Assembly: GCA_963666275.2 (NCBI GenBank)
Contig: CAXXOA010000002.1
Location: 1,376,001 to 1,440,000, forward strand
Source of the DNA: Oceanispirochaeta sp.
Lineage (GTDB): Bacteria; Spirochaetota; Spirochaetia; DSM-2461
DNA length: 64,000 bases
Direction of reading: 5' to 3'
Shown here: positions 48,885-57,147 of the stretch, piece after piece
Position numbering within the stretch: the first letter of the stretch is position 1
Layout: each line of letters starts with the position of its first letter
Program-made: the position numbers and the translations under genes
The notes under the pieces: generated by a model
The model's database searches: none
What the model saw: only the letters and a program-made list of their open reading frames with translations
What the model was told of the DNA's origin: nothing

Positions 48885-50561
48885 TCAGTTCTCCCAGCCT
48901 TCAAAGGCATCAATTAGAATAAAGGCACCCAGGCAGATCCCGATCAGAATCGTTCCCAGCGCGCAGGCTGGAAAGAACTTATAGGTTCCGATCAGCCTCA
49001 GGATGGCGATGGGAATGGTGGTGATCCCCGCTTCGGAAAGGATCAGGGTGGCGTTGATCTCTCCCAGGGATATGGCGAAAGCAAAGGCTCCCCCTGTGAT
49101 AAGGCCCGGCCTGACAAGGGGGAGTTCCACAGTGAAGAACCGTTTCCATCCTCCCGCCCCCATCAGTCCGGCAGCATCCAGTATATTCTGGCTGATGCGC
49201 CTCATAGCCGGTGTGAGGCTCCTCAGAACAAAGGGAAGGGCAATCACCGAATGGGCCAGGATGATGCTGAATACCGGAGGGGTTCCCCGGAACAGACCGA
49301 AGCGCTGGAGCCAGAGATATCCGATGCCCAGAACCACCGAGGAGACCCCCATGGGCAGCATAATCAGGGATTCTGTGAATTCGGGATTTTTCAGTTTGTA
49401 CCGGGCCAGGACCCATGCTGTATAGGCCCCCAGGATCAGGGATAGAATCAGGGACGCTGAAGCAATTCCCAGGCTGTTGCGGATAGACTCGGCCAGGAGG
49501 GCCGCACCGGAGACCGAACCGGGAGGGGAGAGCATCTGGGAGTACCATTTCAAAGAGAATTCTGCCGGGCCTGTCCGGGTTTCCTGAGCCAGGAAAGACT
49601 GGGTGACCACCGCCAGGATCGGCCCCAGGATGATAATGAAAACAAGGAGAAGGTAGATCAGGGATGCTGATTTTTCTCCTCTTTTCAAACTGTGCCATTT
49701 CCGCTTTTTCCGGATCACACTGACTGTATGCAGGTTCCGGCGTTCACTCCGGATATAGAAGTAGGTGATAAACAGGGTCGCCGTAGTCTCCACCAGAGCC
49801 AGAGCGCCCCCCTTTCCGAAGTCCAGGGAGTACTTTATAAGCCTGTAAACCTCCACTTCCATGGTTGAATACCGGGGGCCGCCCCCCAGAACCAGGATTA
49901 CGGCAAAACTCATAAAACAGTAGAGAAAGATCAGCGAGGCTGCACTCATAAGCCCCGGCAGCAGCTGGGGCAGGGTAATGGTAAAGAAGATCCGCAGTCT
50001 CGATGCTCCCAGGGTGCCGGCCGCATCGGTCTGGTTCTCCGAAAAACCCTCCCACCAGGAAGCTGTCAGCCTGAGAGCTATGGGGAAGTTATAGAACACA
50101 TGGGCCAGGAGGATCGCCTTGAAGGAGTACAGCAGATCAAGAACAGTTTTATCTGTATTGAGAATCTCTCTCAGAAGTGAATTGACCACACCCTGGCGGC
50201 CCCAGAACAGAATAAACCCCAGCACCACCAGAATGGAGGGTAGTATGAAGGGAATTGTGGTCAGGGCTTTTATCAGCTTTTTACCGGGGAAACTCACATG
50301 AGAGAGGAGCCAACCCCCGGGAAGGCCTGCCAGAAGAGAGAGCAGAGTGCTCAGGAGGGCCTGCAGAAAAGTAAAGAAAAAGATCCTTCTGTAGTATTCA
50401 GACCCTGTCAGCTCCCCCAGCCAGCGGAAAGTCAGCCCCTCCTGATCCAGAATCCCCCGGGACAGAAGTATGGCCACAGGGATATAGAAGGTAAGGAGGA
50501 GAAAAATGAGAATCGGCAGGAGCCGTTTTCCGCCGCCGGTTTTTTGAGCTGAACTGATCAT
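48885..50561 (-). CDS. thiP: Thiamine ABC transporter permease
   Basis: Duplicated permease with two EAA-like loops; LAHVFYNFP; operon context. Confidence 0.85.
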   Translation of the reverse strand: MISSAQKTGGGKRLLPILIFLLLTFYIPVAILLSRGILDQEGLTFRWLGELTGSEYYRRIFFFTFLQALLSTLLSLLAGLPGGWLLSHVSFPGKKLIKALTTIPFILPSILVVLGFILFWGRQGVVNSLLREILNTDKTVLDLLYSFKAILLAHVFYNFPIALRLTASWWEGFSENQTDAAGTLGASRLRIFFTITLPQLLPGLMSAASLIFLYCFMSFAVILVLGGGPRYSTMEVEVYRLIKYSLDFGKGGALALVETTATLFITYFYIRSERRNLHTVSVIRKKRKWHSLKRGEKSASLIYLLLVFIIILGPILAVVTQSFLAQETRTGPAEFSLKWYSQMLSPPGSVSGAALLAESIRNSLGIASASLILSLILGAYTAWVLARYKLKNPEFTESLIMLPMGVSSVVLGIGYLWLQRFGLFRGTPPVFSIILAHSVIALPFVLRSLTPAMRRISQNILDAAGLMGAGGWKRFFTVELPLVRPGLITGGAFAFAISLGEINATLILSEAGITTIPIAILRLIGTYKFFPACALGTILIGICLGAFILIDAFEGWEN

Positions 50562-50567
50562 GAGTAC

Positions 50568-51611
50568 CTAAAGTCCCGAATTTTCCACCCACTCCTGCAC
50601 CCAGGCATCGCTGGACTGTGCGATTTCAGAGGTATCCAGAAGCAGAGGGGTCTCCGAAATAAAGGCCATGTCGAAAGCTTCGGGAAGCTCCGTTTCTGGA
50701 ATCACAGGCATCATTGTATTGCTTGTGGCGATAACCTGCTGTCCTTCGGGTGAGAGCATATAGTCCAGGAAGGCTCTGGCGGCTTCGGGATTGGCGGCGC
50801 CTTTGATCACACCGGCCCCTTCCACCTGAAGATAGTTGCCTTCTTTAAACTCGATCGCCTTGTACCGTTCTGTTTCCTCCCACATTTTATGGTAGACAGG
50901 GGAGGTGGAGTAGCTGAGGACAAGAGGGGCTTCTCCATTGGTGAAAAGGCCGTATCCGTTGCTCCAGCTCTCTGTAACAGAGAGAACGGAGCCTGAAAGC
51001 CGCTGCCAGTAATCCATGAATTCATCCCCGTAAACAGCTCTGGTCCACAGAAGGAATCCCATACCGGGACTGGACGTCCGGGGATCCATCAGAACCAGGG
51101 ATTTGGCATATTCGGGTTTTGTCAGATCCTCCAGAGAGGAGGGGGGATCGGTTATGACCTGGGAATCGTAGCAAATGGCGAAGTATCCCCAGTCAAAAGG
51201 CAGGAGCTGGTTGGAGTCATCAAACTTCAGCTCCTCCGGAATGGACGAGAGAGCGGGAGATTCATAGGGCTCCAGGATATCCTCCGCCAGGGTCCGGGCC
51301 AGAAGGTTGTTGTCCGGGCCGATCAGAAGGTCCGCCCGGGGATTGTCTTTTTCCATGATGGCTTTGCTCAGGATCGTCACCGCGTCGCCCGGTGCGATAA
51401 GTTCCACTTCAATGCCTGTCCTGGCTGTAAACTCCTCTGCCAGGATCGGGCCGGGGCCCCATTCGGAGGCAAAGGAGTCGTAACAGTAGATTTTCAGGGA
51501 ATCTGATGATTTTTGTGCTGCCGCTTCAGGGCTTTGGGCTTCCTGACTGCCCCCCGGGAAGATTCCGGAAGTTCCTGCCATGAGCAGGAGAATGGTTAGA
51601 TATTTTTTCAT
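50568..51611 (-). CDS. thiB: Thiamine ABC transporter substrate-binding protein
   Basis: YDSFASEWGPGP, DPRTSSPG, YSTSP.YH, QVEG. The start is ATG 51611 behind AAGGAG. Confidence 0.92.
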   Translation of the reverse strand: MKKYLTILLLMAGTSGIFPGGSQEAQSPEAAAQKSSDSLKIYCYDSFASEWGPGPILAEEFTARTGIEVELIAPGDAVTILSKAIMEKDNPRADLLIGPDNNLLARTLAEDILEPYESPALSSIPEELKFDDSNQLLPFDWGYFAICYDSQVITDPPSSLEDLTKPEYAKSLVLMDPRTSSPGMGFLLWTRAVYGDEFMDYWQRLSGSVLSVTESWSNGYGLFTNGEAPLVLSYSTSPVYHKMWEETERYKAIEFKEGNYLQVEGAGVIKGAANPEAARAFLDYMLSPEGQQVIATSNTMMPVIPETELPEAFDMAFISETPLLLDTSEIAQSSDAWVQEWVENSGL

Positions 51612-51696
51612 GTGTTTCCTCTCCTTGTTCTGCCTGTTGTCTCTGGAAGACAGAACATTTGAAAATTTAAAATTTTCCGGGGAAAGGTTGAGATAG

Positions 51697-51790
51697 AACC
51701 GGTTTCCCTTCGCCGGCATTACCCGGATCAGGTTCAAAGGGTATAATCTCAGGTTCTTCCATCGGGAAAAACCACCCCCAGAGTCGGGTT
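51697..51790 (-). ncRNA. TPP riboswitch
   Basis: Minus strand GGGGGTG...CTGAGATTATACCCTTTGAACCTGATCCGGGTAATGCCGGCGAAGGGAA carries the TPP core and lies upstream of thiB. Confidence 0.96.
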
Positions 51791-51845
51791 TCAGCATAAA
51801 GGGTATAATACCGGCAGGTCAAGCCGGGGAGAGGGGTCTGAAAGA

Positions 51846-53006
51846 TTACTTCTTTCTGTTTACCGCATCGGAAAACTCTTCCCAGGCTTTCTTTTTCTGC
51901 CTGATCGAATGGGGTCTCTGAAAGGTTTTCTGACTCCGGGAGGAGCGCGCTGAATCAGCCCAGACGGGAACAGATGTGCCGGCATTGCTCTGAGTCTCCG
52001 GTCCTTTTCTGCCTTTCTTTTTACTTTCAGGCTGTCTTGTATCGGAAAATGTCCCCGTATAGCTGTCATACCTGCCGGAGAACCGGAGAACCAGACGGTT
52101 CCACCAGCTGAGCTGCTGGAAGGATGTATCAAACAGACTGATCAGTTTCAGCTGGAGAATTTCGTCCAGGTGCTGATACTGTTTCAGGCTGCTCCTGAAA
52201 TAGAGGCTCATGGACTGGCGGATTGTTTCATTATTGTTGATTCCCTTCAGCTCTTTCAGGTAGTAGAAGGTTATATTGGCCATAAGTGAGGGTTTCTGCA
52301 GCAGTTCCTTCATCTGGGGGGAGCGGCTGCTTATCCTGTTCATTATATCGGCCCTGAAATTGTTTTTGCTGTAGAACTGGGTGTATTTTTCGCTGCTCCC
52401 GGTCCTCAGAAGATCGCTCATCATATCCTGGTAGAGATTGTGCAGATGGCTGGTATAGTATTCGATCTGCCCCTTGAAATAGGGAAACAGATAGTCCTTA
52501 TGAATCAGCTGTCCTCCCAGAATGACTAGCGGAGGTATCTCTCCTCCCTCTTTTTTCTTCAGGGCCGCCTCGGAAAAGGTCTCTCTGAAGCCCGGCCATT
52601 TTTTCTCTTTTTCATTCAGAATCGTTTCCAGCTCCTTCAGGGAGGTCCACTGAATATTCTTTTCTCTGAGGTTCTGAATGATCTCGGTCAGGGCGGAGGA
52701 CCTTTCCTGCTGGTCCTGGTGGGCCTGTTTCTGTTCTGCCAGGCTGTTGTAGAAGTAGCCGTAGAGCATCCTGGCGCTTGTAAAAATCAGAGGGGATATC
52801 CCCTTGATCCGTACTTTCAGGTCTTCCCGGTTTTCAAAAAGATGTTTAGTAAAGGTCAGCCAGAAAGAGGGCTCCCTCTTTCCCATGCTTTTCTGGATTT
52901 CACTGATTTTTATCCCGGATATTCGGGAGATATTCTCCAGTAGAGTCATGCTCTGGGATTCCCGGATCAGATACTGGATCAGAAAATGGAGGTATTCATC
53001 GAGCAT
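51846..53006 (-). CDS. Hypothetical protein (possibly 3' part of a frameshifted gene)
   Basis: 386-aa ORF with no SD before the ATG; its frame stays open upstream into the preceding ORF. Confidence 0.65.
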   Translation of the reverse strand: MLDEYLHFLIQYLIRESQSMTLLENISRISGIKISEIQKSMGKREPSFWLTFTKHLFENREDLKVRIKGISPLIFTSARMLYGYFYNSLAEQKQAHQDQQERSSALTEIIQNLREKNIQWTSLKELETILNEKEKKWPGFRETFSEAALKKKEGGEIPPLVILGGQLIHKDYLFPYFKGQIEYYTSHLHNLYQDMMSDLLRTGSSEKYTQFYSKNNFRADIMNRISSRSPQMKELLQKPSLMANITFYYLKELKGINNNETIRQSMSLYFRSSLKQYQHLDEILQLKLISLFDTSFQQLSWWNRLVLRFSGRYDSYTGTFSDTRQPESKKKGRKGPETQSNAGTSVPVWADSARSSRSQKTFQRPHSIRQKKKAWEEFSDAVNRKK

Positions 53007-53566
53007 TCCCGAGGGGAGAGTATAGGGGGCCTGTTCTGTCTGGAAATCCCGAAGATAAGCCTCTGGGACTGCATGGCGCTATGGAAAGACGGCCCCAGAA
53101 CTTTGGGCTCCAGGGGGGATATGAACTTTCCCTGGAGAGCGAGACTGTACTTTTCAAAGCTCTTTGTGGTGATGAAGGGGTGTCCGTTCTCGTAATAGTG
53201 GCGATAAAGAATCTCTTCGCAGACATAGTAGTAGAAGAGGGGAGACTCCTTTTCTGTAAGCACAATCCGGTAGGGCCTCAGCTCGTTTTCTATGAGCTTG
53301 TACTGGAGAAGCCCCATATGGGCATCCTGAAGTTTGTTCATAAGGAGTTCCAGCTGGTTTTTATTGACCAGCGCGGGCTTATGAGTCTTCATTATGTAGG
53401 TATTGAACTCCAGGGCGGGGTTCCAGAAGTCACAGATATTATGAAAGATCTGATACTGGATCTGGGTGAAACTCCCCACATGGGAAAGAATCTCCTCCCG
53501 TTTATGCGGTTCCATTCTGAAGTATGATGGTGTGGCGTTCTGTGGGGACTGATCAGTCTGGTCCAT
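52979..53566 (-). CDS. Hypothetical protein (possibly 5' part of a frameshifted gene)
   Basis: 195-aa ORF with AGGAG RBS; overlaps the next ORF by 28 nt. Confidence 0.65.
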   Translation of the reverse strand: MDQTDQSPQNATPSYFRMEPHKREEILSHVGSFTQIQYQIFHNICDFWNPALEFNTYIMKTHKPALVNKNQLELLMNKLQDAHMGLLQYKLIENELRPYRIVLTEKESPLFYYYVCEEILYRHYYENGHPFITTKSFEKYSLALQGKFISPLEPKVLGPSFHSAMQSQRLIFGISRQNRPPILSPRECSMNTSIF

Positions 53567-53651
53567 GATTCCCGGCTCCTGGTTGGTAGTTAAACGCTAC
53601 TCATTATATCCCATAGGCTGATCCTTTGGGAGGGACATTTCTCCCGGATGT

Positions 53652-53684
53652 AAAAAAAAACTGCCCCCTTCCGGGAGGCAGTTT
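53652..53684 (-). terminator. Intrinsic terminator of the Rrf2-cysK-metY operon
   Basis: Minus strand AAACTGCCTCCC-GGAA-GGGGGCAGTTT with a U9 tract. Confidence 0.85.
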
Positions 53685-53702
53685 ACTATTGCATCAGGAA
53701 TA

Positions 53703-54998
53703 TCAGCTGTTCAGGGCCTGATCCAGGTCCTTTTTGATATCCTCGATATTTTCAATACCGATGGACAGTCTTACCATTTCCGGAGAGATTCCCGCGGCTA
53801 CAAGAGCTTCGTCGGAAAGCTGGGAATGGGTGGTGGACGCAGGGTGAATCACAAGGCTCTTGGCATCTCCCACATTGGCAACGTGAGAGAAAAGCTGAAC
53901 CTGCTCAACAAATTTCTGCCCCTCTTCCCGGCCGCCTTTCACACCGAAAACAACCATGCCGCCGGCTCCTTTGGGAAGGTATTTTGCGGCTTTTTCAAAG
54001 GAGGGATCTCCCTTGAGTCCCGGATATTTCACCCAGCTGACTTTGGGATGGTTCTGAAGGAACTCTGCCACTGCCAGGGCGTTTTCCGAATGCCTCTCCA
54101 TTCTGAGAGCCAGTGTTTCCAGCCCCTGCAGGAAGATCCAGCAGTTGTCAGGAGAGATACAGCCCCCCAGATTCCGGAGAGGAACAGTTCTCATTCTGAG
54201 GATGAAAGCCAGGGGGTTCAGATCTCCCAGATCCTGGGCGAACTTCAGTCCGTGATATCCTCCGTCCGGTTCGTTGTAGAGTTTAAACTTGGGGTTCTGC
54301 CAGTTGAAGGTTCCCGAGTCCACCACAATACCGCCCACTCCGGTTCCATGGCCGCCTATCCATTTTGTCAGGGAGTGCACCACGATGTGAGCCCCGTGTT
54401 CAATCGGCCTGAGAAGATAGGGAGTTGTAAAAGTGGAGTCCACCACAAGGGGAATCTGAAACTCTTCGGCCAGTTTGCCCAGAGCTTCGATGTCAGCCAC
54501 ATCCAGAGAGGGGTTTCCAATGGTTTCCACATAGAGCACTCTGGTTTTATCATTGATCTGCTCCCGGAAGGAATCGATATTGCCTGTGTCGGCAAATTTC
54601 ACATTGATTCCGAATTTGGGAAGAAGGTCATCAAACATTGTATAGGTTCCGCCGTAGAGATTGGAGCCTGAAACGACTTCATCCCCGGCGGAACAGATAT
54701 TGATAATCGAGTAGAAAATCGCATTGGTTCCCGATGCCACTGCCAGCGCAGCGGCTCCTCCCTCCAGAGCGGCCACTCTGTCTTCCAGTACCGCCTGGGT
54801 GGGGTTCCCCAGTCTGGTATAGATATTTCCCAGCTCCTTCAGGGCAAACAGATTCTGGGCATGTTCCGCCGAATCAAACAGATAGGCTGTGCTTCTATGG
54901 AGGGGAACTCCTCTCGAATGGGTCTCTTTGTCTCCTCCATGTCCCGCATGGAGCGCTGTGGTTTCAAATCCGGGGTTTTCTATTTTTGTGTAGTCCAT
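53703..54998 (-). CDS. metY: O-acetylhomoserine sulfhydrylase
   Basis: [58 protein letters not shown]. Confidence 0.93.
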   Translation of the reverse strand: MDYTKIENPGFETTALHAGHGGDKETHSRGVPLHRSTAYLFDSAEHAQNLFALKELGNIYTRLGNPTQAVLEDRVAALEGGAAALAVASGTNAIFYSIINICSAGDEVVSGSNLYGGTYTMFDDLLPKFGINVKFADTGNIDSFREQINDKTRVLYVETIGNPSLDVADIEALGKLAEEFQIPLVVDSTFTTPYLLRPIEHGAHIVVHSLTKWIGGHGTGVGGIVVDSGTFNWQNPKFKLYNEPDGGYHGLKFAQDLGDLNPLAFILRMRTVPLRNLGGCISPDNCWIFLQGLETLALRMERHSENALAVAEFLQNHPKVSWVKYPGLKGDPSFEKAAKYLPKGAGGMVVFGVKGGREEGQKFVEQVQLFSHVANVGDAKSLVIHPASTTHSQLSDEALVAAGISPEMVRLSIGIENIEDIKKDLDQALNS

Positions 54999-55040
54999 TT
55001 CTTATCTCCTGTTTATTAAAAATCCTGACCTGTATCACTG

Positions 55041-55964
55041 TCAGTTTTCAAATAGCCATGTGCTCAGGTAGCGTTCTCCTGTGTCACATCCGATGGTCAC
55101 TATGGTTTTTCCTGCATTTTCCGGCTTCTGGGCAAGGATCTCTGCGGCTCTCACATTGGCTCCTGCGGAGATTCCCACCAGGATTCCCTCTTCCGATGCC
55201 AGTCTTCTGGATGTTTCTCCCGCTTCCGCTGCAGGTACCTGAATGACTCCGTCATAGGACTCTGTATTCAGAACGCCGGGAATGAATCCCGCACCTATAC
55301 CCTGAATCTTATGGGGGCCTGGTTTTCCTCCGGATAAAACGGGAGATCCCTCGGGTTCCACAGCATAGACTTTCAGATCGGGATTCAGTTTTTTCAGGAC
55401 TTCGCTGTTTCCTGTAATGGTTCCGCCTGTTCCGACTCCGGCAACAAAAATATCAATTTTGCCCCCTGTGGCATCCCAGATCTCCCGGGCGGTTGTCTCT
55501 CTGTGAGCTTCAGGGTTGGCCGGGTTTTCAAACTGCTGAAGGATCAGGGAATCGGGGATTTCCGCCGCCAGTTCTTCCGCTTTTCTTATGGAACCGTTCA
55601 TTCCTTCGCTTCCGGGGGTCAGGACCAGCTGAGCTCCGAAGATCTTCAGGAGTTTCCTTCTCTCTTCACTCATGGTTTCAGGCATGGTCAGGATCAGCTT
55701 GTATCCTCTCTGGGCACAGATATAGGCCAGGGCAATCCCGGTGTTTCCGCTTGTGGGCTCTATCAGAGTCGTGCCCGGTTTCAGTTTGCCGCTTTTTTCA
55801 GCCGCTTCTATCATGAATTTACCAATCCTGTCTTTTACGCTGCCCAGAGGATTGAAAAACTCCAGTTTTAAAAGAATTTCCGCTTCTGTTCCGATTTTGT
55901 TTAACTTTACCAGGGGAGTATTCCCTACCAGTTCTGTGATATTCTCGGCAATTTTCCTACTCAT
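55041..55964 (-). CDS. cysK: Cysteine synthase A
   Basis: NPLGSVKDR (PLP Lys), [34 protein letters not shown]. Confidence 0.95.
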   Translation of the reverse strand: MSRKIAENITELVGNTPLVKLNKIGTEAEILLKLEFFNPLGSVKDRIGKFMIEAAEKSGKLKPGTTLIEPTSGNTGIALAYICAQRGYKLILTMPETMSEERRKLLKIFGAQLVLTPGSEGMNGSIRKAEELAAEIPDSLILQQFENPANPEAHRETTAREIWDATGGKIDIFVAGVGTGGTITGNSEVLKKLNPDLKVYAVEPEGSPVLSGGKPGPHKIQGIGAGFIPGVLNTESYDGVIQVPAAEAGETSRRLASEEGILVGISAGANVRAAEILAQKPENAGKTIVTIGCDTGERYLSTWLFEN

Positions 55965-55980
55965 ATTTTTCCTCCTGATA

Positions 55981-56415
55981 TTAAATATAGTACATGACTT
56001 TTTCCGGATCCCGAACCTGCTCTGCCAGATCCTTCAGGGATATCCCCTCAAGGGTCTGAGTAATCGCTTTTGTGACCTGATCCCAGACCTGTCTGGTTAT
56101 GCATTTTCCCGTTCGGCCGCAGGGTTCATTCTCATCCAGGCAGTCCACAATATTCAGCCCCCCCTCCATAACCTCTACGATGTCTTTCAGGGTGATTTCC
56201 TCGGGACTTTTTGTCAGAAGATATCCCCCTTTTGCACCCCTTATGGAGCGGATAAGGCCGGCGCCTCTCAGCAGGATAACAATCTGACTGAGATATTTTT
56301 CCGATATCTCTTCTTTCTTTGCTATCTCGTTCAACTGGATGGGTCCTTTCTGATAGACCAGCGCCAGATTTACCATAAGCCGGGAGGCATATCGGGACTT
56401 GGTGGATAGTTTCAT
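55981..56415 (-). CDS. Rrf2-family regulator (CymR/IscR-like, three Cys)
   Basis: [27 protein letters not shown]-x6-C-x5-C. The start is ATG 56415 behind AAGGAAGG. Confidence 0.92.
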   Translation of the reverse strand: MKLSTKSRYASRLMVNLALVYQKGPIQLNEIAKKEEISEKYLSQIVILLRGAGLIRSIRGAKGGYLLTKSPEEITLKDIVEVMEGGLNIVDCLDENEPCGRTGKCITRQVWDQVTKAITQTLEGISLKDLAEQVRDPEKVMYYI

Positions 56416-56432
56416 ATACCCTTCCTTATTTC

Positions 56433-56576
56433 TAAATACTATAAATACTATAAATACTATAAATACTATAAATACTATAAATACTATAAATACTATAAAT
56501 ACTATAAATACTATAAATACTATAAATACTATAAATACTATAAATACTATAAATACTATAAATACTATAAATACTA
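56433..56576. repeat. Perfect tandem repeat (TAAATACTA)x16
   Basis: 144 bp of 16 exact 9-mers between the Rrf2 RBS and its predicted promoter. Confidence 0.97.
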
Positions 56577-56610
56577 TTGAAATAGTAGTGAATGAGGATG
56601 GAAAAAGCAA
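56572..56610 (-). promoter_or_regulatory. Sigma70 promoter with overlapping palindromic operator candidate
   Basis: Minus strand TTGCTT (56610-56605), 17 nt, TACTAT (56587-56582). The palindrome TACTATT-GA-AATAGTA at 56572-56587 covers the -10 and predicted start. Confidence 0.65.
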
Positions 56611-56648
56611 TATGAATTTGAAGGAAATTTTAAAAAAAGTAAAAAGTT

Positions 56649-57083
56649 TCAGGAAAAGTGGCTTTCGCTGTTATCGACAAGCCTGTCGAGAACCCTCCGG
56701 AAAGTTTCAAGATCCTGCTGGGGAATCCCTTTGATTATATGGCAGTAAAAATCATCGCATACAGGCAGGAGTTCACTGAACTTGGCTTCACCGGCTTCTG
56801 TACAGTAGAGCTTCACCGCCCGGCGGTCGTTTTTGTCCTGGCGCCGTTCGATCAGACCATTTTTCACCATCCTGCTGATCAGTCTGGCAATGGTGGTTTC
56901 CTGAGCCTGCATAAGCTCCGCCAGGTCCATCTGGCGAATCCCCTGAGATTTTTTTATATAGTAGAGGGCAATCCACTGGACTCTTGTGGCTCCGTGTTTT
57001 TTGAAAGTCTCATTGTAGTTATCCGTGACTTTCTTTAATCCCAGAGTTGCCAGATAGTATATACATTCATCGAGTTGAAACAT
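56649..57083 (-). CDS. MarR-family transcriptional regulator
   Basis: T..QW..L, Q.DLA, L..M...GLIER..D..DRR. Confidence 0.9.
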   Translation of the reverse strand: MFQLDECIYYLATLGLKKVTDNYNETFKKHGATRVQWIALYYIKKSQGIRQMDLAELMQAQETTIARLISRMVKNGLIERRQDKNDRRAVKLYCTEAGEAKFSELLPVCDDFYCHIIKGIPQQDLETFRRVLDRLVDNSESHFS

Positions 57084-57147
57084 GAAAACATCCTACATTA
57101 TGGTGAGAATAAAAGCAAACGATTTTGCCTGTAATAAAGGGGACCCA

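Noticed and set aside
51612..51797. 62-codon N-terminal extension of thiB in the ORF track
   Set aside because: It runs through the TPP riboswitch; the signal peptide and RBS place the start at 51611.
55981..56734. (IVF)n N-terminal extension of the Rrf2 ORF and the opposite-strand (NTI)n ORF 56399-56734
   Set aside because: Both arise from the 9-bp repeat. The TTG at 56610 is the predicted -35 element, and the ATG at 56415 has a good RBS and the family-typical N-terminus.
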